Source: a virus
DNA length: 64,000 bases
IMG/VR virus record: IMGVR_UViG_3300042691_053485
Coordinates: 1-64,000 of that record
Strand: one strand, 5' to 3'
Shown: positions 9,084 through 18,662 of the stretch, one piece after another
How positions within the stretch are numbered: position 1 is the stretch's first letter
How the letters are laid out: the number at the start of each line of letters is the position of its first letter
Notes under the pieces: generated by a model
What the model was told of the DNA's origin: nothing
Database searches by the model: none
Seen by the model: only the letters and a program-made list of their open reading frames with translations
Made by a program: the position numbers and the translations under genes

Positions 9084-9358
9084 ACAACCTCAATCTTTAT
9101 ATTAATTTGTTTTTTTATATAACGCTTCAATCCGCTATAAAATTCATCAATAACATCATTTCCTAAAGAATTTTCAACTTCTATTGAAATTTTCATCTCT
9201 TCATTGCAAATTGCATTTATGACAATAGTAGTTTTGTCAGCAGTTCTATCGCTCACATAGATAAGTATCTTTCGAATTGACGATTTCTGAAGAAGTAATA
9301 AATCTCTTATGAAGTCGTCAATTCTTTGGAAATATGGAAATATCTTTTGATTTTGCAT
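9080..9358 (-). CDS. Hypothetical protein
   Basis: 92-aa ORF abutting both neighbours in the operon. Confidence 0.6.
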   Translation of the reverse strand: MQNQKIFPYFQRIDDFIRDLLLLQKSSIRKILIYVSDRTADKTTIVINAICNEEMKISIEVENSLGNDVIDEFYSGLKRYIKKQINIKIEVV

Positions 9359-9360
9359 TA

Positions 9361-10239
9361 CTATCGTAGCTTAATTCCTTCACTATCACAATAGGCTGCA
9401 ATCTTTCTATATCCATCCAAATCTAGGTAAGCTCTAAAGAGGCTTAGTTCATTCAATTTTTTTAAATTTTTTAAATGGTAAAGAAGATTTCCTAAATCCA
9501 ACTCTGAACTACCAATCGATAACTCGCGCAAGTTTGCCAAATTAGAAAAGGATTCTGGTAACATCGAAATCTCATTTCCTGTAAAGTAAAACTCTTCTAA
9601 ATTTTGTAATTGTCCTATTTCATTTGGAAGAGTTGTGATATAGTTATCTTGCAAACTGAGTATTCTCAAGTTTTCCAATTCTCCAATTCTTGGGGAAACT
9701 TCTTGAATTGCATTTTGTCTTAAATAAAGTTCAGTTAAGCGATTTAACATAAAAACTCCATGTGGAATTTCCGTTAGTCCATTTTTAGAGAGTGTTAGAT
9801 ATTCTAAGTTGTATAAATTGCTTATATCTTCGGGAAGAGAAGTTAATTCATTATTACTAAGGTCTATCTTATATAATGAATGTAAATTGCACAAATTTTT
9901 TGGTAGTTCGGAAAAGTTTTCATCAGAAAGGTAAAGTGTATTTAACCTGAATAGTTTTTTCACACCATTAATCAACCCTCCGGTGTAATTTATTTGACCT
10001 AATAAAGACCCCCATTCATCAAGGATTATTTCCTCGATATTTATGTTAAAACCTAGTGCTAACTGTTCTGCCAACTGTAAATTATCAGTATCTCCTGACC
10101 TAACAAGTTCTCGAATTTGCGGTTCAAAATTATCATCCTCAAAAAGATTTTTTTTAATTAAATCTCCCTCTTGTATGTTCCCAAAGAAGCCTTCATCCAA
10201 ACGCTTCTTCATTACTTCATTTATTTTTTTTGTATTCAT
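9361..10239 (-). CDS. Leucine-rich repeat protein (LRR paralog 4, divergent repeats)
   Basis: Likely start MNTKKINEVMKKRLDEGFFG; repeats LxxLxLxxNxLxxLP. Confidence 0.9.
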   Translation of the reverse strand: MNTKKINEVMKKRLDEGFFGNIQEGDLIKKNLFEDDNFEPQIRELVRSGDTDNLQLAEQLALGFNINIEEIILDEWGSLLGQINYTGGLINGVKKLFRLNTLYLSDENFSELPKNLCNLHSLYKIDLSNNELTSLPEDISNLYNLEYLTLSKNGLTEIPHGVFMLNRLTELYLRQNAIQEVSPRIGELENLRILSLQDNYITTLPNEIGQLQNLEEFYFTGNEISMLPESFSNLANLRELSIGSSELDLGNLLYHLKNLKKLNELSLFRAYLDLDGYRKIAAYCDSEGIKLR

Positions 10240-10240
10240 T

Positions 10241-11155
10241 TTATATTGCAACATTGAGATTAGTTTCGCTTTCATATTTCTTTAATTTTTCAATAGTTTC
10301 AGGAGAAAGAGGATTCATAGAAAAATCAAATGAGCAGTATTCTAAGTTGTAAATACTTTCAGGGAGTACTGAAATATTATTGTTCGAAAAATTAATATAG
10401 CGTAAAGACCTCATATTCCCAATGCTTTCAGGAATAGATGTTATTTTATTTGATGTCATATATAAATCTTTCAATTTGTCAAGATTTGAAATTTCACTTG
10501 GAATTTCTGTTATTTTATTATTTGATAAGTCTAACTCAGATATTTTTGGTAATGATAAAATTTCTGTTGGGAAATAATTGAAGTTATTTTTATGTAAATC
10601 GAGAACCTTTATATGGATTAATTTAGAAAATGTTTTAGGCAACTTGCTAAGTTTATTTTTGGCTATGTTGAAAAATTGTAATTTCTCACAATTTCCAATT
10701 GCATCGGGTAGTAATGCTAATTGGTTATTCATGAGGAAGAGTCCTTCTAAATCCTGAAGATTCCCAATTTCATTTGGGAGTTCAGATAAATTGTTTAGGC
10801 TTGTGTCAAGAAATTTTATTGTCGGTATATTCAAAAATCCACGTGGAATATAACTCAAGTTTCGACTATCTAATGTCACCTCATTCTTAATAACATCTAC
10901 ATACCATAAAACTCCATCTATGGTATGGTCTATATCACTGCCTATCTTACCAAAAACATCATATATAATTTTTGATAATGGTATCCCCGAAGATTTTGCA
11001 ATTTCTTCAGCAATCTCCATATTTGTCTTTTGAAAAGACATAAACATCTCTAGAAGATTTTCATATTCTTCATTAGAAATTTCATAATCTTCTTTGAGCG
11101 TTTTTAATCTTCTTTTGATATTGTTGTAAATTGCTTCAGATAATAAAACTTTCAT
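10241..11155 (-). CDS. Leucine-rich repeat protein (LRR paralog 5, divergent repeats)
   Basis: Likely start MKVLLSE just below TATTTATA at 11167-11174; 23-aa LRRs. Confidence 0.9.
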   Translation of the reverse strand: MKVLLSEAIYNNIKRRLKTLKEDYEISNEEYENLLEMFMSFQKTNMEIAEEIAKSSGIPLSKIIYDVFGKIGSDIDHTIDGVLWYVDVIKNEVTLDSRNLSYIPRGFLNIPTIKFLDTSLNNLSELPNEIGNLQDLEGLFLMNNQLALLPDAIGNCEKLQFFNIAKNKLSKLPKTFSKLIHIKVLDLHKNNFNYFPTEILSLPKISELDLSNNKITEIPSEISNLDKLKDLYMTSNKITSIPESIGNMRSLRYINFSNNNISVLPESIYNLEYCSFDFSMNPLSPETIEKLKKYESETNLNVAI

Positions 11156-11166
11156 TTGATTTTTCA

Positions 11167-11174
11167 TATAAATA
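11167..11174 (-). promoter_or_regulatory. TATTTATA late-promoter-like motif heading the minus-strand LRR/effector operon
   Basis: Recurrent motif at the usual spacing from the start codon. Confidence 0.6.
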
Positions 11175-11187
11175 GCTACAAAAAGCT

Positions 11188-12449
11188 GTAAAATTCGATG
11201 AATTTCAAGATTTGTGTTTCACGGTTAAAACCGTTGGCGTGCTACACACCTCTATTGGGTACTGAAATTCCCCAACTTCTTTCTTCAGGATGTTCAATGC
11301 ACCATTAAGGTCAGCATTGATTTGTTTACCCGATGCTGATACAAAGAGTCCTCGTTTCACTCTTTTGCCCGCATACTTTTCGTACTTTTTGATAGGCTCA
11401 TTGTCAAGAAAGCTGCACTTTGAAGTGTAACTCTCTTCTCTTTCTTTGACTTTGATACCAACCAACTGACACTTATATTTGACCATCGCCACAAATGTGC
11501 TGTGAGGAATGGCAACAAAATTCTGATTGTTTGCACTGCCGATATTGATTTCTTGTTTCCACTCCTTATTTTTCCCGATGACAAGCATCGAGATGGAGTT
11601 AGAGACTAATTGATTAACCAATATCCGGCTAGCTTTGTGCATATAATCCTTAACTTTGTTGTTCCTGATTTGCGTGATAGCCTTGATTCTTTTACTTGTT
11701 TTTCTTCCTTGCTTCAACTTGCTTTGCAGTTGTGCCTTCCGCTTGTTGAAGAATTGATTGATGGACTTCAAAGGCTTGCCGTTCAAAATGAACGGCTTGC
11801 AGCAGTTTGATGCCACAGTCGCAAGATTCGATAACCCGAGGTCTATTGATGCGTACCTGCCGTTATCTTGCAACTTAGCAACTTCCGGAATGTTGTAGAT
11901 GACCTCAACAACAACATGTGTGCCTTTCGGAACTATCCTAACTTGTTGAATTGACTGTTTGTTCGTTTTGATGGTCACATCAACACCAGAAAGCTTGACA
12001 ACACCGCTCCGCAACTCTTTATTTGAAATTGCTTGATTGGTATAGGCTGTGAGATAGTGCCCGTCCTTCTCAAGATAGTGAGGGATTCTGACCTTGCGGT
12101 TGTTTGTTCCGGATTTCTTTGCCCTCATTGCCGCAAAAAATGACTTGAAGTTCTGCTCCACCATCCGCAAAGTCTGCTGTGAGACCTTGCGCGGCAAAGC
12201 ACAATAGTCCTCATTCTTCTCCAAGGTGAACTTGTTCACCAACTCACAATACGTGAGAAACTTATTTGTCGAAAAATAGTGCTGTCTGACAGCATACAAT
12301 CCCGCATTGTACAAATTCTTCGACAGGTGGCATATCTGCAAAAGCTCTTTGTACCTCGCATCCGATTTCTTTATTGTATGTTGTTCTACTAATTGCATCG
12401 CAATATCTATATTTTTTCACAAAAATTATACCCAATTTCACAATTCTGT
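11188..12449 (-). mobile_element. TnpB-only IS200/IS605-family (IS1341-like) element
   Basis: tnpB with no tnpA; TTTAC at both proposed junctions (12454-12450 and 11192-11188); subterminal hairpins AAATTC-ATC-GAATTT and ACGGTT-TT-AACCGT. Confidence 0.65.
11205..12398 (-). CDS. tnpB: RNA-guided endonuclease TnpB (IS200/IS605 OrfB)
   Basis: SIDLGLSNLA (RuvC-I), VIGKNKEWKQ, EESYTSKCS, NADLNGALNI (RuvC-III). Confidence 0.9.
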   Translation of the reverse strand: MQLVEQHTIKKSDARYKELLQICHLSKNLYNAGLYAVRQHYFSTNKFLTYCELVNKFTLEKNEDYCALPRKVSQQTLRMVEQNFKSFFAAMRAKKSGTNNRKVRIPHYLEKDGHYLTAYTNQAISNKELRSGVVKLSGVDVTIKTNKQSIQQVRIVPKGTHVVVEVIYNIPEVAKLQDNGRYASIDLGLSNLATVASNCCKPFILNGKPLKSINQFFNKRKAQLQSKLKQGRKTSKRIKAITQIRNNKVKDYMHKASRILVNQLVSNSISMLVIGKNKEWKQEINIGSANNQNFVAIPHSTFVAMVKYKCQLVGIKVKEREESYTSKCSFLDNEPIKKYEKYAGKRVKRGLFVSASGKQINADLNGALNILKKEVGEFQYPIEVCSTPTVLTVKHKS

Positions 12450-12538
12450 GTAAACGGTTTTAATACTATATAAACTCTTAGGAACATTAAAAAATTCCAA
12501 AGAGTTCAAAGAATCATTTGATATTTATAAAGAAACAA

Positions 12539-13249
12539 GTGAAAGATTTTATAAAGCCATTGATAATAACATTACCGATTTATGTTATTCTATTTTTCCT
12601 TATTTTTGGAAAAAATGATAAGTTTTCTCCTAAAGACTTGATGAAAGAATTGAATCAAAGGGATTCAATAATTTCTAAAAGAATTGATAATCAAGGTCGG
12701 GCGATAATTGAACATACTAATAGAGAATATGTACCATTTACGATTCAGAATTCAAATGATGCTGAAATGGTTGCCCTGAGAAGTGAATTAGCTTCTTTGG
12801 GGATAAAACTAAATGATTTGAAGTCTGCGATTGTAATCACAACAACATCATCCGGCAAAGGGGAAGTTCAAGTTGTTAAAATCAGCGATACATTAGATAG
12901 ATATGCTTTCGCTGATACAACCGGAAAACATTTGAAATTGAGTGGTGAGGTTGACACAAAAAATGGTAAAATGAGTTATAATTATACTTACAGTGCAAAG
13001 TATAATTTAATTTCACATAATGTAAAACCAAATGTTTTCAAGCGGCCGGAACTGAGATTAACCATTGTATCTGACGACCCTAACAGTAACATAACTGCAC
13101 AAACGTTTAACATTAAACCTCCAAAGGATATTGCAAGTATCGGAGTGGGGGTCGGTGCATCAGTTCTCTACGATAATACTTTTAAAATCCGACCTACTAT
13201 ACAAGTCGGGTTGTATAAGCCGATTTTGACATTTAGAAAAAGAAAGTGA
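12539..13249 (+). CDS. Membrane-anchored protein, possibly a spanin/lysis accessory
   Basis: GTG start 12539 below TATTTATA 12522-12529; N-terminal TM helix, coiled coil, C-terminal beta-hairpin GVGVGASVLY. Confidence 0.5.
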   Translation: MKDFIKPLIITLPIYVILFFLIFGKNDKFSPKDLMKELNQRDSIISKRIDNQGRAIIEHTNREYVPFTIQNSNDAEMVALRSELASLGIKLNDLKSAIVITTTSSGKGEVQVVKISDTLDRYAFADTTGKHLKLSGEVDTKNGKMSYNYTYSAKYNLISHNVKPNVFKRPELRLTIVSDDPNSNITAQTFNIKPPKDIASIGVGVGASVLYDNTFKIRPTIQVGLYKPILTFRKRK

Positions 13250-13268
13250 TATTTATTAGAAAAATAAA

Positions 13269-15452
13269 ATGGATTTATCATATTTTGACAGTTTGTTCAA
13301 ACATGCTGACGACTTTATAGCCTCATTAGATGAAAGAGCTTTACGACAATTTGGAATGAGTAATGTGGTACACAATTACAATTTTTTCAGGAGTAAGATA
13401 AAGTTAGCAAGACGTAATTTTAGTGACTATCAATCAACACTAAAATACTACGATAAATTGTCTAATAAGGATAAGAAAGAGTTGAGTGCTACCTTTAGAC
13501 CAATAGTTTATCAAGCAAAGCGTGAATTAGACAATATCCGACATAATTATTGGCATACTAGAGCCCGTGAAGAAAATCGAACATTTGCAATTGAAGTTTT
13601 AGACTTCTTTGAGAATTTCTATGAGCAATTCGCTGAAGGATTAAAAAGTTTTCAAGGTGGGCTATATGAACAAAATAAAACTACAAAAAAAGGTAAATTG
13701 AACGAGTTGTCTAATCTTGCGTATTATCAGCTTATAGAAAAGGCTAACCGCCAATTCAAGGTATATAAAATGAGTTGGGCTAACTTTGATGATAAACAAG
13801 TTTATCAATTAGGCGGACCTGGTATTTATAAATTGCAGGCTATGATTTATGGTGGAAACGGTCCGGTGTATGCGGTTGATTATAATGAAGAATATTATTT
13901 GACATTTCTTCCTGCGTATGACCCTTCTAAATTTAAAGAATCATCGATGCTTTTTGAATTTATCGAAAAAACTGAAGCTGAGGGTGAGCCTGTGTCAAAA
14001 TATACCAACGCTAGTTGGGAAAAATATAGCGGATATAACTTCACAGTTGAGTATTTGCAAAGTAAAGGACATGGAGAAGATGTTATTAGGGGGGCACAAG
14101 GTTATGGGATTGAATTAAACGAAAATAAAAATAAAGGTAAAAATATGAAGCCAATAATGGAATTTACAGCAAAAGATTTTAAGAAAATGCTTAATAATAA
14201 AAAACCTGTGGTTGTTGAGCAACTAACTGTTGGTCAATTTAAAAAGAAGATTAAGGAAGGTCGCGAAGTGATGCGATTGGGGTTAGGCTTTGAAGACCCT
14301 AATGTGACCCCTAAAAAGACTAAGAATAAACCATACAAGCGTGCAGTTGGAAAGAAGGGAGGTATTGGTCTCGGTTTAGGATTTAAACTTGAGGAAAAGC
14401 TTAAAAATGCTAAATATATGACCGAATCACAAGTTGTCGATTTGATTGAAGAGGTTGTTAATTCTTTAAAGGGTAAAACTGAATATCACGGTTTAAAATT
14501 TGTTGATAGAATCGGGCAAAAATATGGTGTGAATGAAGGGAATATCAAAAAAATAAAATCTATCATCAAGGAGGGAAAAAATCCTAAATCCGCAGGTAGA
14601 GGTCTATTCAATTTTGTATCAAGCCTCAAGGGTAAGGTTTATGAGGGATTCAAGAATGATGGTGCAATCGTAGTTCCGATGATAAAAAAATATTTCAATG
14701 ATAGTAAATTTGCAGGTAAATCCAATGCTGCTGCAATTAAGGAAACTGCAAGCAAATTGAAACTTCCGGAATCATTGATTTTCGAAATGATGAATATCCA
14801 GAAGACGGCAAAACAAAAAGGTAAAAACCCTCAATTACAGCTTGAATCGTGCTATGGAAAACATCAAAATGAAAGTCATGGTGATGAAATGGTTGAAATG
14901 TATGACGAAATTGCGGAAATGATGGATTTCCCAATGGCTGAAGATTTTGGTGACCCATCCATGACAAAATTCCAAAAATATGGTAATAAGGCTGATACAA
15001 TGCCTTCGATGGGAAAACCTGCTTTCCGAAGAAATGAAGACCCTTCATTTGATTTTGATGTAGAAGGTGCACCTGAAATGGATATGCCGGAGCCTGATGA
15101 TTACTCTTACAGTGACGATTATGACCCTATGTATGATGAACCTTATTCAGACGATATGGATGCCGACTATGATTTAGGTTCTGAATGGGATTCGAACAAG
15201 GATAAAAATTATGGCTTTTTGGAATCAGATTGTGAAGACTGTGAAGACGGCGACATGATAAACGAATTAGATACCGAGGATGATTTTGGGTACTATGAAG
15301 AAAATCCAACTTCAGAATTGAGAAAATTCCAAAAGTTGGATTCTAAAGGAGATTGGCTTGATAAGTATTGGGACACACCTGAATCGGGATTTGATATTGA
15401 CGACGAATTCGGCGGCGATATTGAAGATGACGAAAACTTCGAGATTTACTAA
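13269..15452 (+). CDS. Large hypothetical protein with acidic C-terminus, putative head-internal protein
   Basis: 727 aa; TATTTATT at 13250-13257; several (L/I/V)xE motifs; D/E-rich tail. Confidence 0.7.
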   Translation: MDLSYFDSLFKHADDFIASLDERALRQFGMSNVVHNYNFFRSKIKLARRNFSDYQSTLKYYDKLSNKDKKELSATFRPIVYQAKRELDNIRHNYWHTRAREENRTFAIEVLDFFENFYEQFAEGLKSFQGGLYEQNKTTKKGKLNELSNLAYYQLIEKANRQFKVYKMSWANFDDKQVYQLGGPGIYKLQAMIYGGNGPVYAVDYNEEYYLTFLPAYDPSKFKESSMLFEFIEKTEAEGEPVSKYTNASWEKYSGYNFTVEYLQSKGHGEDVIRGAQGYGIELNENKNKGKNMKPIMEFTAKDFKKMLNNKKPVVVEQLTVGQFKKKIKEGREVMRLGLGFEDPNVTPKKTKNKPYKRAVGKKGGIGLGLGFKLEEKLKNAKYMTESQVVDLIEEVVNSLKGKTEYHGLKFVDRIGQKYGVNEGNIKKIKSIIKEGKNPKSAGRGLFNFVSSLKGKVYEGFKNDGAIVVPMIKKYFNDSKFAGKSNAAAIKETASKLKLPESLIFEMMNIQKTAKQKGKNPQLQLESCYGKHQNESHGDEMVEMYDEIAEMMDFPMAEDFGDPSMTKFQKYGNKADTMPSMGKPAFRRNEDPSFDFDVEGAPEMDMPEPDDYSYSDDYDPMYDEPYSDDMDADYDLGSEWDSNKDKNYGFLESDCEDCEDGDMINELDTEDDFGYYEENPTSELRKFQKLDSKGDWLDKYWDTPESGFDIDDEFGGDIEDDENFEIY

Positions 15453-15484
15453 ATAAAGGCGGTTAAATAACCGCCTTTATTTTT
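15452..15484. terminator. Bidirectional intrinsic terminator
   Basis: AATAAAGGCGGTT-AAAT-AACCGCCTTTATT between convergent genes. Confidence 0.85.
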
Positions 15485-17877
15485 TGGTCTTCCAATGAAA
15501 TTTTTATTTCTTTAGGTTTTTGTTCCAAAAGAATTTCTGCAATGAGTGTTTTAACTTCGTTGCTGATATATCTTTTGAATGGTCTAAATCCATATTCAGG
15601 GATATATTCTTTTTCAAAGAGATACTCTTTTACTTCTTCTGAAATTTTAAGTGTAACTCCATGTTTTTGAACTTGTTTCACTAACTTAGCGAACTCTAAA
15701 TCCATTAGGGTAAATATATTTTCCTTAGTGAGGATATTAAAGTGGACAACTTCATCTAATCTATTTATAAATTCTGGTTTGAAAAACTTTCTAACTTCTT
15801 TTTCAACAACTGCCTTATCGTATCCTTGTACCGCATCGCCAAACCCAATGCCACTTCTTGACTGTATTACACTTTTTGTCCCAATATTTGATGTTAGGAT
15901 AATGACAGTATTTTTAAAGTTGATAGTTTCACCTTTATTATCGGTTAATCTTCCTTCACCGATGATTTGGAGGAGAAGGTCAAATAATTTCTCATGTGCC
16001 TTTTCAATCTCATCAAAAAGCACAACTGAGAAAGGATTTCGCTTAACAGCTTCTGTTAAGATACCTCCATCTTCATATCCAACATAACTTGGTGGAGCAC
16101 CAACAAGTCTTGTAATTTCATGCCCATGAGAATATTCACTACAGTCAATTCTAATGAGACTTTTTTCTGTTCCTAAAAATTTTGAAATTTGCTTCGTAAT
16201 TTCAGTTTTTCCAACGCCAGAGAATCCGATGAACATAAATGTGCCAATTGGCTTTTCATAATCATCTAAATTTAATTTATTCAACATCATTGCCTTTGCA
16301 ATTGAATCAATCGCATGGTCTTGTCCAATGACATTTGCCTTCAAATGTAATTTTAGCTCTTGAATATTGATACCATCATTTGTAATTGGTATTTTAGTAT
16401 ATTCATGGATGATAGTTTTGACCTCATCAACTGAAATATCAATTGTTTTCCCTGTATTTTTCTTATTCTTTTGGGATTTAAGCTTCGAAAGAAGTTTTTG
16501 GGAATCCTTTTTTACTTCTTCTGCTAAGTGATATGTCTTATTTCTGATTATGTCAACTTTTTTGGATTCAATAATCTCATATTCTTTTTGTAATCGGCTT
16601 AATTCCGCATCCATAGAATTATTTATTCTGACTTTTGCGGATACATCATCTAAAATATCTATTGCTTTGTCAGGAAGCATACGATAAGGCATATATTTAT
16701 GGCTTAGTTCTACACAAGACCTTATCACATCTTGGCTTATTCTGACATTGTGAGCTTCTTCGATTCCCTTTTTAACCTTTTGTAGGATTAGAATTGTGTC
16801 TTCAATTGATGGTTCATCAATTCCGACCTCAGAGAATCTTCGACTTAATGCTTTATCCCTTTCAAAAATCTTTTGATATTCAGATAGTGTAGTCGCACCA
16901 ATGACTTGGAAGCTTTTCCTTGCAAGATACGGTTTCAAGACGTTTGCTAAATCTCGTACACCTTCACTAGCTCCTGCACCGACAATATTATGAATTTCAT
17001 CGATAAATAGAATTGCATTCCCATTAGAATTTAATTCTTCAAGGATTTTTTGAATTCGTTCTTCAAACATTCCCCTAAAGGTTGTCCCAGCAATCAGGCT
17101 GTTTAAATCAAGTGAATAAATTGTCTTATTTGATAGAACTTGGGGTACTTTATTTTTTACGATATTGTAAGCTAACCCCTCAACTAAGTTGGTTTTACCT
17201 ACACCCTCCCTACCGATAAGAATTGCATTTCGTTTTTTTGTCCTAGTTAAAATTCTATATAGTTGCTGGATTTCTTTCTCTCTACCAATACAGGAGTCTA
17301 GTTTCCCTTCAGTTGCAAGTTTATTTAAGTTTTGGCAGTATTTCTCAACAGTGTCTATTTTACCTGTTGATTTGGACTGTGAAGATGTCAAGGCTTCAAC
17401 AAATTCCATTCCCTCATATTCTGTTTCATATTCATTCGCCTCAAAATCGGTTGCTATTTCTTTAAATTCTTCATAATTTACATGGAAATCTTTAAACGTC
17501 TCTGTTAGCTCGTTATCTATTTCGAGGCAGGCTAAAAAAATATCGATTATACTCGCATTTTCTTTTGTGTCAAAAATTATAGTATTTTCGAGAGCATAAT
17601 TTAAAATTTCGTCGAGTTCTTTACCATTTTTAATTGTTTGTGGTTTAGTTTCTTGCCGCTCAACATTTTCCATCCTAACTACTTCAACACTATCGGTTAG
17701 TAAATCTGCATCCACATTCATTTCTGTTAGCACATCAATCACAATATTGTATTTCTTATCATTCAGAATTGCAAAAATAACGTGTGAAACTCGAATTTCT
17801 TTATCACGGTCTTGTACTCTTGCGTAACTTTCTGCCTTTTTTAAGCAGGATTTTGCCATATCATCGAACGTAGTCAT
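15463..17877 (-). CDS. clpC: ClpA/B/C family Hsp100 AAA+ ATPase (ClpC-like)
   Basis: Clp N-domain; Walker A GREGVGKT and GFSGVGKT; Walker B LFIDEIH and LFDEIEKAH; GAPPSYVGY; short middle coiled coil. Confidence 0.9.
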   Translation of the reverse strand: MTTFDDMAKSCLKKAESYARVQDRDKEIRVSHVIFAILNDKKYNIVIDVLTEMNVDADLLTDSVEVVRMENVERQETKPQTIKNGKELDEILNYALENTIIFDTKENASIIDIFLACLEIDNELTETFKDFHVNYEEFKEIATDFEANEYETEYEGMEFVEALTSSQSKSTGKIDTVEKYCQNLNKLATEGKLDSCIGREKEIQQLYRILTRTKKRNAILIGREGVGKTNLVEGLAYNIVKNKVPQVLSNKTIYSLDLNSLIAGTTFRGMFEERIQKILEELNSNGNAILFIDEIHNIVGAGASEGVRDLANVLKPYLARKSFQVIGATTLSEYQKIFERDKALSRRFSEVGIDEPSIEDTILILQKVKKGIEEAHNVRISQDVIRSCVELSHKYMPYRMLPDKAIDILDDVSAKVRINNSMDAELSRLQKEYEIIESKKVDIIRNKTYHLAEEVKKDSQKLLSKLKSQKNKKNTGKTIDISVDEVKTIIHEYTKIPITNDGINIQELKLHLKANVIGQDHAIDSIAKAMMLNKLNLDDYEKPIGTFMFIGFSGVGKTEITKQISKFLGTEKSLIRIDCSEYSHGHEITRLVGAPPSYVGYEDGGILTEAVKRNPFSVVLFDEIEKAHEKLFDLLLQIIGEGRLTDNKGETINFKNTVIILTSNIGTKSVIQSRSGIGFGDAVQGYDKAVVEKEVRKFFKPEFINRLDEVVHFNILTKENIFTLMDLEFAKLVKQVQKHGVTLKISEEVKEYLFEKEYIPEYGFRPFKRYISNEVKTLIAEILLEQKPKEIKISLEDQKIKAVI

Positions 17878-17941
17878 GTGGAGTGTTTTTTATAAATAGT
17901 CTTTTTATCTTAATATAACTGATATTTATGGTAAAAAAACC

Positions 17942-18238
17942 ATGCTTTTATTAGAAGAAAAAACTGAACTCGCCTCTACTTGCTACTATAAATCAACTAA
18001 CATATTGGCTTCCAAGTATGATTCGGAAAAAATGCTTCTTGCTGTTATATTTGACGATGGGGGTCAATATGTTTATGAGGGTGTTAGCAATTATACCTTT
18101 CAGCGATTTAAGATTGCAGAAAGCCAAGGGAAGGCTTTAAATACTCTTTTGAAAGGTAAATTTAAGTTCACAAGGGTTGAAGGTAAAACAGATGTCACCG
18201 AATTAAAAATTTTTATTGAATCTTTAGGTAAAGAGTAA
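17942..18238 (+). CDS. KTSC domain protein
   Basis: STNILASKYD....L.VIF..G.QYVYEGV......F..AESQGK matches KTSC. Confidence 0.8.
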   Translation: MLLLEEKTELASTCYYKSTNILASKYDSEKMLLAVIFDDGGQYVYEGVSNYTFQRFKIAESQGKALNTLLKGKFKFTRVEGKTDVTELKIFIESLGKE

Positions 18239-18258
18239 TATTTATTAGAAAAATATAT

Positions 18259-18657
18259 ATGCCCAACGATAACGAATTAATACAAAGTTCTGACTACTAT
18301 ATCTGTGTGAATAGTGGTGTAACATATTCGATTGGAGATGTCCTTAAGAGGCTGGTTTTCATTGGTACTTTGGATTATCAACTTCGAGATGTTTGGTACA
18401 ATACTAGTACAGGGGCTTTAGTATCTCCTGAACCTAATGTTTCTTTGGATTTGGAACTATTTAATCCTTCGAGCCTTGGAGAACTTTATAGAAATTGGGA
18501 GTATATATCCGGCAATCAGGTTGATTACACTTGGGTGACAGGCTCAACAGGTGTGTTGGTTGATACAATTACGTATAAGAAAGGTGTTACAACTGTATTG
18601 ACGCAATCATTCACTTACGATATTGAGGATAATTTAACAAATATTTCTGTAGCTTAA
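18259..18657 (+). CDS. Hypothetical virion protein
   Basis: 132-aa ORF after TATTTATT 18239-18246, upstream of the tail gene. Confidence 0.65.
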   Translation: MPNDNELIQSSDYYICVNSGVTYSIGDVLKRLVFIGTLDYQLRDVWYNTSTGALVSPEPNVSLDLELFNPSSLGELYRNWEYISGNQVDYTWVTGSTGVLVDTITYKKGVTTVLTQSFTYDIEDNLTNISVA

Positions 18658-18662
18658 TTTTT

